Source: Enoplolaimus lenunculus
Taxonomy: Eukaryota
Assembly (NCBI GenBank): GCA_030248215.1
Contig: JASANG010000424.1
Location: 1 to 64,000 of the forward strand
Length of the DNA stretch: 64,000 nt
Direction of reading: 5' to 3'
Of this stretch, positions 37,601 through 49,300 are shown one piece after another. The notes beneath the pieces are model-generated. The model searched no databases. It was given only the letters and a program-made list of their open reading frames with translations, and was not told the DNA's origin. The stretch's first letter is position 1. Every line of letters starts with the position of its first letter. The position numbers were made by a program, and so were the translations under genes.

Positions 37601-40600
37601 TCTATGCGCATTGTAGATAATGCATCGTTCACAGTGAAAAATTTCATTTTGCCACCCGAAAACATTACACCGTAGGGTTAACACGTGTCTATTTTCAAAA
37701 CTGTCTAGCGTTAAGCCTACCATAACGCCACAATTGCGTTAACTCTACCGTAACGCGTGTTACAAGATGACCTGTAACACGTATTAGGATAGGGTTGTGA
37801 CATGTGCAAGGGTAGGGATAACGCAAGACAATTGAGAAAATGGACAACGTGTTAACCGTATCGATTAATGTTTTCGGTGGCAAAATGAACTTTTTTTATT
37901 GCGAACGATACATAAGGAAGTCTCGTTGTGTGTCTCATGTATAGTTCCGGTGTAGTCCGCTTTTCCACGGGACTGCTATGGAGTAAGCTTTAGGTTTAGA
38001 CTATTATTCGTATGGAGTACGTTTAAGGTTTAGACTATTTCTTTCTGTCGCATAAGCTTATGCTAGGTTTAGGTTTGGGCTAAGATTTAGGATCATCGTT
38101 TCGCTTACACTCATATTTAGGCTTAGGTGGACGCTTAGTCTTAGGCCTAGGATTAATAGGTTTAGGGATACGTTTGTACTACTGTTGCGGCCATGATCTA
38201 TACATCGGCCCATTTTACGATGACAGCCGTAAAAATACTTGCGCTTTTAGACTGAACGTTCGACTGATACCTAAGCTCTATACTGGTCATTATGTTGTAG
38301 CTTAGCCTTAGGTTAGATTAGAATTAGGCTCAGGTTATGGTATTAATGCTGCTGGCTATAAAGGAATGGCCATTTTTTGCAAGATACCATATTCTCGCTT
38401 ATATACATATCATTTGATATCATCGAAGTGCAATAATCCATGTAATATCAAGCATAAGCTATAAATTATCAGTCAGCCAATGATATTGAATTTAATCCAC
38501 GTGCAAGGCGATTCATTCCTATGAGTTAACTGTTTGCGTTATTCATTATGAACAAATTACAGCTGTAAGTTCTTTAAATGAATTTTTGAACAAAACTTGC
38601 AACTGCAAGTTTCAGCTGCAAAAAGCATTCACGTGCAAAGAAGGCTTTACTCGAAATTCCTTGACTTGAAAACGCTTTCGTACTGATACAACTTTTGTTT
38701 TGTGCTTAAAAATAGAAAACGTGTCCCGTCACCATTGCCTTAGACTGCAAAATATTATGCAAATTTGATATTTGGATTTATTCAAGCTTCTTGAATAAAT
38801 GCAAAGCGTCAGAATTCATTCGAGAAGCGCTAGGCAAATGCAGGTTTTAGAAATTTAAGCGACTTGCAGCTGCGTTCACACGTGCGAATTAAATTTAATA
38901 GCATGAATTTTAGTCAATATATAATATTCAGATATGCAAGTGGCCAGTGCAATTTTTGCGCTGCAAAAAACTTCCACGTGTGAATAGGGCTGTATTAAAT
39001 TTTAATATGCTTCAAATTGACTTGCAGTTGCAATTTAATCTAATTTTGCAGCAATCGATAAATGTTAAGCCACCTTTGAAGCCTGCAAGTATAATTTCGG
39101 TTCCTATTTCGCAGTCGGCACTAATCAATCCTTGCGCCTTGCTTCAATGCCAGAATAACCAGGTAAATGCATGCGCTACTAATGCCAATTCTAAATCACT
39201 TCAAACATTGAACCGGCTACCGTTTTCGTTTCCGGTAAAAATCAGTATTAGTTTCCGTTTTAGAAATACCGAAAATTTGTTATTTTTATGCTAAAATTTA
39301 GTTCTCAATAACGTATAAAGTTGCGAAATTTTTTGCTACGTTTGTAGTTGTTCGATTTAAAACAAAGATAATGAAATTCATCCAAAATCTCAAAAAAAAA
39401 ATTCGTGCATCTGCTATTGGTGTCTTTAAAATTATAGAAAGTATGTTGAAAATTAGCATTATTCAACTTTATTATTGACAAAAAATAAAACCGTTTTGAC
39501 AGTTTTTAACAGCAGCATTTGCTGTCCGTTTCCGCTTCCGTTATTTTGATTCCTATTTGGTTCCGTTATTTTTACTATTCCTTATATCTACTCACGGCAG
39601 TGTAGACTATAACAAAAAGCCTTTAAACTATAATCACGAACACATTACAGTCGAGTTAAAATATTACTTCTCGACACACTAGGATTCGTAATTTATATAT
39701 TTCCATTACTGTAGTGACCCGAACAAGGGGGGAGGGGTAATAAGAGAGGGGTCCCCATTTTGAGTCCCAATCAATAGGAGTCCGTATCCCTAATAAGAGT
39801 CCGTAAGCGAATAGAGCCCCTAAACCACCCTAATTAGAGCCCATAAATTTCAATTATCCCTAATTGTAGCTCATAAATGATTATTGGACCAAATAAACGT
39901 GAGTTCGAAACTTTAAAGAGCACTTAAGATTTGAAAGTAACATTCCAAAGTATAACCTTGCGATATTGCTCAAGCTTTTGATGCAAGGCAAAAAACGTTT
40001 AATTGAACGTATAGTTGCAATACCGGACCTATATCAGTAAGCAAGGGTGGCGGAAGCCTAGTTGAAAATAAATAGCAGTCCGTAACCGAATAACAAAGGG
40101 GGTACCGTCTGCAGAGGCCGAATAAATATCAGTCTCCTCTATTATTCGGGTCACTACAGTATGCTCTGACTCTCAAGCTTGTAATTTAGCACATTTTGCA
40201 CGTTTAAAGTGCACTATTTCTGTGCAAAGTTTAAGATTTGCAGCTGGCACAGTCCGCGTGTTTGAAAACCTATTACTAACTGGCAATAAGTGCCATACAG
40301 GATTGAAATAATGATTTTGAACAAAATATATTTTAATTTCAGCACGGAACTCCGAAAGTGCAACCACATCCGTGCCCAATGGCAGTATCATATGGTGCAT
40401 CACCGGATGGAATTTGCAGTTGGATGACCGCGCCTCTTGCACAGGGTCCGTCTCCGTACAATTATTTACAATGTGCTCCGAATCCAAATCCTAAAAAGTA
40501 AGTCAAACTATTTCAAGGAACAACGCTCTTAAGTTTGTTGGCTCGTTCAGCTGTCCTGCTGTCCCTGCTGTTCACACTGCAAAAAATGTTGTGTCAAATT

Positions 40601-42193
40601 GACTGTTTCCCAAATACTCATTGAGTCGAATTTGACTCTGGCAAAGTCTAATTTGGTCTCAGTTTGTGTAGTCCGGAGAAGCGTATTTCGGATAGAGTCA
40701 ATTTGACTAACCATTTTTTGTAGTACGGCTGTCCCAGTTGTCCTACAAATAAGCAGTGTCTCAGCTCGTGGCATGAATGATTTGTAATTAAGTCGAAAGT
40801 CAATGCCCGCACCTAAAGCGTACACAGTAAATTCCAGTGAGTTGATTTTAACCCAGAATCAGTTGAATCAAATCACAAGTCTGAGCTTTTAAATGAGGAC
40901 TTTCACAACTCAGAATGCTGAACGGATTGAAATCATTCTTGTTTGCAGGGGAAACTTTGAATTTAAAATTGTTCAAATAATATTTTTTTGAAAAATTTCA
41001 GTGAATACTGTGGCCGTTGGAAGGTGCGCCCTTGCGCTGCTGGGACTCGTTTTGACGTTTCGTTGCAAGTTTGTGTTATGGACGAACGTAAGTTTCAAAT
41101 TATAACTTCAATGACTGTTTTTTAACCAAAACCAGCTTTAACTACCAAACCAACGTCAGCAGACCATTTTATACTCAAAACCAACAGAGCCAAGGACTCG
41201 TATATATGAGGCTGCGGCCAATATAAGATCAGTGGCGGAACGTTTTTCTACGGAACTGCAATAGATTAAGCTCACGCTTTAGACTATTTTTTGCGTAGGC
41301 TTCGGCTTAGCTGTAAGCTGTTACTTACGCTTAGGCTTAGGCTTAGGTATGTGCTTATACTATTGTCACGGCCGTGTTGTATACATTGGTCGACGTAGCT
41401 GACGGCTATCATACAACAATGTGCTAAAAGCATTGCATATTTGTAATAAAATATCAAAACTGTGACATACTTTTAACACAATTTCTGCAAATTTATTTTA
41501 AGAACAGCCAATGATTATTTAATTTAAACCTTTTTAAGTGTTTTTACCGGGTCATAAATGTTAATTTTATTAGGTTAAATCCTTTATGTCCAAGCCTTGA
41601 ATTTGTCTTTTTGGCACAGGCTTGGATTCGTGCTTTTCACTGTAAATTCTGATGAGTTGATTAAATCTCCTTTGAGGGCGAAGTAGTTATTTCTGGTTAT
41701 CAGTATACACGGTTCTGCGGCGTATTCATATACGTATCTTGTAGCATCAAACTTATGGTATATAGAACCATAGTATCGAAAAGTGTGCATGGCTGCGTAG
41801 CGTAGTGGTTAGAGTATCGGACCGGTAATCCGTACCGTTGTGGGTCCGAGTCCCACTGGATCAGCAGCAAGATTATCGTGAAGGGGGGCTCTGTATGGTA
41901 CTGCTTAACTTAGAATTAAATCATCTCACCGGAATTTACAGTGATACTCGAGAAGTAATTCTATACATGGACCATTTTTAGATTCTTATCCTAAACCGGC
42001 TGAACCATACGGATCAGGCGGAGGTCCATGCTCTGAGAACATGGCCCCGCTAGGGCCGTGCAATAAGGCGTATCAATGTCCTGGTTTGTCCCAATGCTAC
42101 TCGCAATCAATGTGTTGTATGCCACGTCAACCCTACCATGCAAATACGGCTACATTGAAGAACAAAGCCGCGGTGAAAAGCAACAAACGATAA
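31690..42193 (+). CDS. Secreted chitin-binding (ChtBD2/peritrophin-A-like) and CC-domain protein, probable cuticle/extracellular matrix component
   Basis: Signal-peptide exon 31690-31765 (MLQLVVLIAASVMVSLA), then about 33239-33983, 34833-35034, 35846-36352, 36992-37036, 39052-39162, 40343-40497, 41002-41087 and 41982-42193, phase-consistent. It has acidic DTPD repeats, two Cys domains (YFTC..GVWTPASCPDGQWF..C and YLQCAP..CGRWKVRPCAAGTRFDVSLQVC), a Y/G/S/P-rich linker and a C-terminal CC-type module (C..GPCNKAYQCPGLSQC..CC). The exon 2 acceptor is uncertain. Confidence 0.8.
31838..32085. mobile_element. MITE family B: ~250-bp element with CACTGT(A/G/C)AATT termini and many TGAGTT/AACTCA motifs
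   Basis: 2-bp TSDs: CA here and at 45670-45897 and 57821-58072, TA at 12800-13029. Other copies at about 5358-5604, 10658-10974, 30012-30950 (interrupted), 32143-32324, 36556-36784, 37165-37341 and 41638-41943 (interrupted). Confidence 0.9.
34299..34508. mobile_element. MITE family E (TATTCTCAAATGTGTGTAGCACCTATCACCAGTT-type TIR)
   Basis: Inverted ends atcctcaaatgcgtatagcacctatc and gataggtgctacacagatttgagaata. Relatives at about 5270-5350, 42228-42262, 57360-57391, 59055-59089 and 61793-62206 (interrupted by family A). Confidence 0.7.
39708..40160. mobile_element. MITE family F (CTGTAGTGACCCGAA..TTCGGGTCACTACAG TIRs)
   Basis: Terminal inverted repeats flanked by TA. Relatives at about 20155-20373, 23876-24182, 31184-31530 and 62686-63085. 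Confidence 0.75.
41791..41865 (+). pseudogene. tRNA-derived sequence (SINE head or tRNA pseudogene), GGT at the anticodon position
   Basis: A-box-like TAGCGTAGTGG, anticodon arm CGGA-CCGGTAA-TCCG and T arm GTGGG-TCCGAGT-CCCAC. The acceptor stem does not pair and TTC is changed to TCC. Confidence 0.6.
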
Positions 42194-44240
42194 TTGTGTA
42201 TACACAATTTAAGCCAAATCCTGTTTGAAACTGGTGATAGGTGCTACACACATTTGAAAATTACGGTTACAACAAGACAATGTCGTAATTTCTAAAAGTG
42301 AATTCAAACGTAATATTTCCTATTTATACTTCAATGGTACACTGCAAAAAATGGTGAGTCAAATTGACTCCGGCCGAAGTAGGATCTACGGGACTACACA
42401 AACTGAGTCAAATCCTATTCTGCCAGAGTCAAATTTGACTCACTAAGTCGCACATCTGACTCTAGCGAAGTCGAATTTGACTCAGTTTGTGTAGTCCCGT
42501 AGGGCCCATTTCGGAGAGGGTCAATTTGGCTCAGCATTTATTGCAGTGTAATAGAAATGTAAATGTGCTCAAAACTGACCAATTTTTATGGTTAAGCATC
42601 GGAATGCCGATTCCTCAAACGGAGGGGTCTTGTTTCCAACACAAACCACATCATGAGTTTGGTCAAAACATTAGGGCCGTAACTGTAGATTAAGCATATT
42701 CCTAAAGCTAAGCGTTGAAAATAGTGTAAGCCTAAGCGTGAGCAAAAAATATAGTCTGAAATATAAACCTACTTTATTGCAGTACCACTAAAAACGGAAC
42801 GGTTCTAAAAGGAACATAAATCACAAATTTTATGAAAGGCTGTATATACGATACTCGGTCAATGCATAGCACAGGGCCGTAGCAGTAGTATAAGAAGGTT
42901 CGTAACCTTTGGCCGAAGCAAAGCTTCTGCTATCTTTGCATGGGCCTTGTATCAATTTAGAATTAATTGCATTTGTGCATATTTTGGGTATATCCACGCG
43001 TGTAATTGTAAAATAAATTGTTTGCACCAGGTTTTGAATGTTAACGTTTTTCGTTTCAAGCTGTTAAAATACACGACCAATCAGTCTAAAGCTTAAAGCT
43101 TACTCTGTTGCAGTCAGTCCCGCAGAAAAACGTTCCGTCCCTGATCTTTTATTTGACCGCTTCGTATGATACGCTCTCCAAGGCTCGACTATCAAGGTTT
43201 TATAACATATCACCGATGATATTAAACGCCTTCCGCTTGGAAGACCCGGCTTCGACTCTGGTTACAGTAGTATAAGCATTTTACTAAGCCTAAGACCAAG
43301 CCTAAACCCAAAGCGTAAGAATGGGAAAATACACAGCAAACAACGGTGAGTCAAATTAACTCTCTCCGAAATATGCTCTACGGGACTACACAAAATAAGT
43401 CAAATTTGACACCGCCAGAGTCAAATTGGACTCAGTCGCACGTTTGACTCTGGTGGAGTGTCGAATTTGACTCTCAGTTTGTGTAGTCCCGTAGAGCCTG
43501 TTTCGGACAGAGTCAATTTGACTCGCAATTTTTTGCAGTGTACCTATAAAGCCAATATCTTAGCAAAAAAGTAATCTACTTTTGATTAATTCTTTTGTTT
43601 TCAATTTCCCGTTTGTAGCGTTTTCCCAAACTCGAGTGGGAAATAGGCGTCGTAAAAATCCACACGCGGGGCACACGATAAAATGGACGACGCATTATTG
43701 CAGTCTCGCCGAAAAACGTTACGTTACTGATCTTTGCATGGGCCACACATGGGAACAAATGTTCAGCATCAAACACATAATCTTTACTGTAAATATTTAA
43801 AACAATAACTATAAACGCAAAAATGTTATTTTTCGCTTATACGTCAACGTGATCTTGGTCAAAATGTTTAAACCAGGGTACAACCGGAGTTGTGCCTCCG
43901 GCTCCGGCTGCGGCATAAAATCGGCCTCCTGCTACGGCTCCGGCTCCGGTAGATTTTTTGCCGGAGGTTCCAGCAACTTCGGTAGTAAAATTTTGCATAA
44001 TTTGGCAACTGAAATTTCGCAGAAAATTAGCGTGAAACCAAAAAACTTCACAATATATTGCAGATATTGGCTAAAATTAACTAACTATCATTGTTACTAC
44101 CAAATTTCGACTCATCTCCGGCTCCGGCTGCGGCAAGCTTCGTTGACCTCCGACTCCGGCTCCGGTATTTTTCACCTCCGGATTTTGCTTTATAAGTAAG
44201 AGCCAAGATTCAGTTTTTTACAGCCCTAACCATAGATTAA

Positions 44241-44798
44241 CCCTTTCTCACATGAATATTTTCTATTTCCCCTGAGACCTATTTTTACGCTAGGATTCGA
44301 ACTCCGGTGACTGGAGTGGGAGGCGTATACCATCACCACTCAGCTATAGGAGCTTGACGCTGGAGCTCGAGGGGGCTCTCACGCCTTGTGGCGATTTAGT
44401 ACTATGTATACGTGTTGCAATTGTTAAACACGGTGCGATATATACTATTTAACGTATATACACTGCACTGAGCTGCCTACAGGCAACTCAGTGTGAGAAG
44501 GGGTTATAGATAGTAAACTGAAAATTTTTCGCTTAACCCTTTCTCACATGAATATTTTCTATTCCCCTGAGACCTATTTCTATGCTAGGATTCGAACTCC
44601 GGTGACTTGAGTGGGAGGCGTATACCATCACCACTCAGCTATAGGAGCTTGACGCTCGAGACCGAGGGGGCTCTCACGCCTTGTGGCGATTTAGTACTAT
44701 GGATACGTGTTGCAATTGTTAAACACGGTGCGATATATACTATTTAACGTATATACACTGCATTGAGTTGCCTACAAGCAACTCAATGTGAGTAGGGG
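44241..44798. mobile_element. Head-to-tail dimer of family C elements
   Basis: Copies at 44241-44503 and 44537-44798, with outer TTAA on both sides and a ~33-bp spacer. Confidence 0.9.
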
Positions 44799-45822
44799 TT
44801 AAGTATACGTATTCCTAAGCCTAAGCGTAAAAATAAATTTTAGTCTAAGCTTAATCCTAAACCGACACAAAAATAGTCCTAAAATTTAGTCCAATTCTAT
44901 TACAGCCGTGATGCGACAAAACCGGACGTTCCTCAAAGTAACAAGGGCCAAGCTAAAAAATAAAACATACAACAAATTATTCTCCCTGTTTCCGATTTGA
45001 AAAAGCTGTTTTAAAATTAAAATAATATTAACTGGACTCACACAATATGAAGCATACATCCCTAAAAAATTAAACCGAATCTACGGGCGTATTCAAAGAA
45101 CGAAAGTTCCGTTACATTCAAAAAAGGTTACCTAATACCTAGTGAAAAACTACCTAAAACCACTGGACCAATCACAAATGGTACCTATTAACTTATTCTG
45201 CACACCCTGGCTATACTTTTGACCACATCAGGACAGACGATGATAGGACGGTAGTTCAAAGGTTAAAAGGAAAATCTGAATTTGCCAAATTTCTATTTTT
45301 AGCATTAATTCAATTAAAAGCGCAACGAATTTTCTTATTTGTGTTTCGATGTCATGGCACAAAGTAGGACTGCCCTGAGTTTGTCAGGGTCAGACAACCT
45401 TAAGTAACCGCTATTCAGTTTAATTGGTGAAGTTTACTGTGTGTAAAAGTAAGGAAAATTAAAATTTCTTCTCAAACAACGTATAAGAATATACCTAAGT
45501 GTACACTGTAAATAAGTACGCAAAAAATAGTCTAAAGCTTAAAAGTTTAAATTTGGCGGAAAATGGTCTGGCGCCCAGCTATACATGGGCCACTCAAACT
45601 AATAAAAATTGATTTAACTGTAAACAAATGGCTTTTTAAAACCAAATGAATTTTTATTTGTTGAGAACACACTGTAAATTTCGAGTTGAATCAATCACTC
45701 TGAGTTTGGACTACCAGAACTCAGAATTTTGAGTTGATTTAATTCATTCTGAGTTAATTAATCAACTCACCCAGAGTCAACTCTACTCAGAGTAAGAATC
45801 AACTCAACTCAGAGTGAATTAA

Positions 45823-46317
45823 TGCTAACTGATATTAGTTCAGAAATAACTAACTCGCTCGCTGAATTGATTAATCAACTCATTGAACTATACAGTGCAG
45901 GCGTTGAGGGAAGTTTACTTCCAAATGTAGTTTGTTCAATTTAAATGTGTTAATTTTGAAACTAAGTTTGTTAGTCAAATGTTTAAAAATATTAAAATAT
46001 ATATAAAAATTTTCTGAATTGTTTTATCCGAAAACTATTCAATTTTTACAATCGATAGTCTTTCAATGGTGCTAACTGATATTAGTTCAGAAATAACTAA
46101 CTCGCTCGCTGAATTGATTAATCAACTCATTGAACTATACAGTGCAGGCGTTGAGGGAAGTTTACTTCCAAATGTAGTTTCTTCAATTTAAATGTGTTAA
46201 TTTTGAAACTAAGTCTGTTAGTCAAATGTTTAAACATATTAAAATATATATAAAAATTTTCTGAATTTTTTTATCCGAAAACTATTCAATTTTTACAATC
46301 GATAGTCTTTCAATGGT
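45823..46317. repeat. 247-bp tandem duplication covering the stomatin stop codon and proximal 3' UTR
   Basis: 45823-46070 matches 46070-46317 with few differences. ttacaatcgatagtctttcaatggt occurs at 46046 and 46293. Confidence 0.95.
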
Positions 46318-49300
46318 CGCCGCATACTTGGTGGCGGCTGGTCATATTCGTGATGTGGTTGCTGCTGCTGCTGCTGTTGTTGTGATGGCGGCACAGGCTG
46401 CTGTGTCGGACCACCGGCATGCTGCGGGGCTGATGCAGCAGCTTGTGTTGGCATCCGCATTTGCGCACGGCCCACGGACTGTTGATGTTGGCCGCCTGGA
46501 CCAATTGCGCCAGCCGCAACGGCCTCAGGCGGATAGCCGCCAATAACGCCTGTTCCCGGCGCCGCCATCATCATTTCTGATGGCGGCGGCGGCGGCGGCA
46601 ACGGCGCTGTTGTGGCCTTATGTGGCGGCCCTATTGTTTGTCGATGTTGGCCCGGTCCTGTTGGCGGCGGTAGTGGACCTGGCGGAATCGGCCCGGTTGG
46701 ATGTGAGAAGCCGGCAATGGGGGGCGGTTGTGGGTACGGACCGGTGTCGGCGGCGTGACCTTTTCCGCATCCGATTATATGTGTGATGATATCGACCGGA
46801 AGCGGAACTACAACGGTATTATTATGCTCGGCGGCAATTGTGTTCAACGTTTGTAAATAGCGAACTTGTAACGCTGCTGGCGATTCGGACATAATCTGAA
46901 GTATATATGTCGTGCTCCAAACAGCTATTCCACATTTTACGTTTTTGGATCCGATGCTGCGCCCCTAAGCCAATACTTAATACATACACCCACCCGTGTG
47001 AATCAAATGTCAACTAAACAAATTAAAAATTAATCTGTTCATCTTCAAACAGAAAATGCTTCAAAACCACGCTTCAAAAAATTGTGAGTCAAATTGACTG
47101 TTTCCGAAAAACGCTCTACGGGACTACAGTAACTGAGTCAAATTCGACTCACTTAGTCATACTTTTGACTCTGGCGGAGTCGAATTTGACTCAGTTTGAG
47201 TAGTCCAGCAGAGCCTGGCGGAGTTGAATTTGACTCAGTTTGTGTAGTCCCGTAGAGCCTATTTCGGAGAGTCAATTTGACTCATCATTTTTTGCAGTGC
47301 ATATTCAATTTTTATTTAAACTTAAATCTAACCTGCGCAGCTTCACGTAGAGATCGCGATGCTTTCAGCTCTCCTTCAGCGATAGTGACCTTAGCTCGAG
47401 CAGCCCTGGACGCTTCGGCTTCGGTTGCCATTGCTCGCATGAGTTGTTGAGGAAGCCGGATATCTTTTACTTCAACTCGCTCTACCTAAACAACAAATAA
47501 AAACACGTGTAAAATCTAAAATACTCCCCTATTTTTCAAGTAGCTTCCGGGCCGTGGCTATGGTTAAACGTTTGGGACGGGTGGAAAAATTAATGACTTT
47601 TCGAGTTTTGGAATTTATATAAACTTGACATCGGCTATAGATTTTTTAAACATAGTAATCAGCTAAAATGCCAAAATAGCTGGAAAAACCTAATTATTGC
47701 TGGGGCCAAGCTTTCTGTCCAACGTACACGAACCATTAATTATAAGCCTTTACATGTTTTTGTAACACTACACGTTCTAAAGTCGAGCTTACGCTCAAAG
47801 TTCTGATTAGGATTATGCACAGATTTATTTATAGGTTTAATGACACTGTTGGGTGAAAAGTTGTCGGGCGACGAATTGTCGTCCTGCTTATAAATGATAA
47901 CCAAATTGCGATATACAATTAATATTATTCAACTTTAGTTTGAATAAAATACAAATTAATTTTTTGTTAACCACAGGCATCCTTGATTAACTGATTTTGC
48001 TGCAACGTTGATACCAAATTTTGTACCGGAACGAGAACGCAAGGGTGAACAACTTTCACCGAAATCAACAAAATTAACGGTTTCCATTTTTCAACCACAC
48101 ACGAACAAACACACAACATACACTTTGTCTAACAAATTAGTTATACCAAGAGTGGCAGAGTCCAGAATGTTCCACCGGGCGTTGCGTTTTTGGCCGACCC
48201 CTTTTTGTTTAAAGGGGGTTGCTGTCACATGTAACGATTGTAAATTAAATTATAAGCGGAGCAATTTGTTGCCGGACGCATAAAGTGTCATGGTTCGCAC
48301 CGGTTGTATTCACCTCTAAATAAAGGGGGGAAGTAGTGCAAAAGCGCAACGCGTGCCAGGTACATTCTTTTCTACACAGAATGTACCCAGTTGCATACTC
48401 TTGTTGAAATATGCATCATCCGCTCTTGGTTGTACCAAGAGTGGATGATCACTCTTTATAACAAGAGTGTGCAACTGGGTACATTCTGTGTATTAAAGAA
48501 TGTACCCGGCACGCGTTGCGTTTTTGGCCTACCCCCCTTTATTTGGGGGGGATCGTTGAGCCAATATTTTGAATTTTAGCTAAAGTAGATTAAGTGGTGT
48601 CTACCCCCCCAAATCAGGGGGGTCGAGCAAAAATGCAACGCGTGTTGGTACACTTAGGGCCATGCACAGCCCAAGCAGTTGCACACTCTTCTGCAAGGTG
48701 GATATCATCCACTCTTGGTTGTACTAAGAAGAGGATGGGTACAACCGGTGCGAACCATGGCACTTTAAGTATGCGGCGTCAAACATGGTCCCCTTATAGT
48801 TTAATTTATGAGTTTTCATGTGATAGCGACCCCACCCTCTAAACAAGAGGGAAGGTCGGCCAAAAACGCAACGCCCGGTGATACATTTTGTACCATGCGA
48901 AACTGCAAGAGTTGCGCACTCTTGAATTATGCACTCTTGGTTATACTTTGAAAAACTTTTAGTTTCGTTGCTAAGCAACTGAATGAAATAGATTGATGCG
49001 ACATCAACACAAAGGAAAAGTTTGCACCTGAACGCCCCACGATTTAGTCGCATCATCGAGCACCGATTTGATATTGTGTGATATATCGTCCCGTTTCGAC
49101 AACATTTCTCCTAAATCCATCGTTCCCAGCGTATTCCGGAGCGTTGTTTGGGCGAGAAGTTTCGTTGAATACGCGGCGTCGTTGACGTTTGTGATCGACA
49201 CAACCGGATCGAAAATGCGGAAGTAAACAACGGCGTCCACTGACACAGTCACTGAGTCCTGAAATTGAAAAAGTGACAAATTTAAAAAAAAACTAAAAAA

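Noticed and set aside
41791..41865. Functional tRNA-Thr(GGT)
   Set aside because: The acceptor stem is unpaired, the T loop is altered, and it lies inside a MITE. Kept only as a tRNA-derived sequence.
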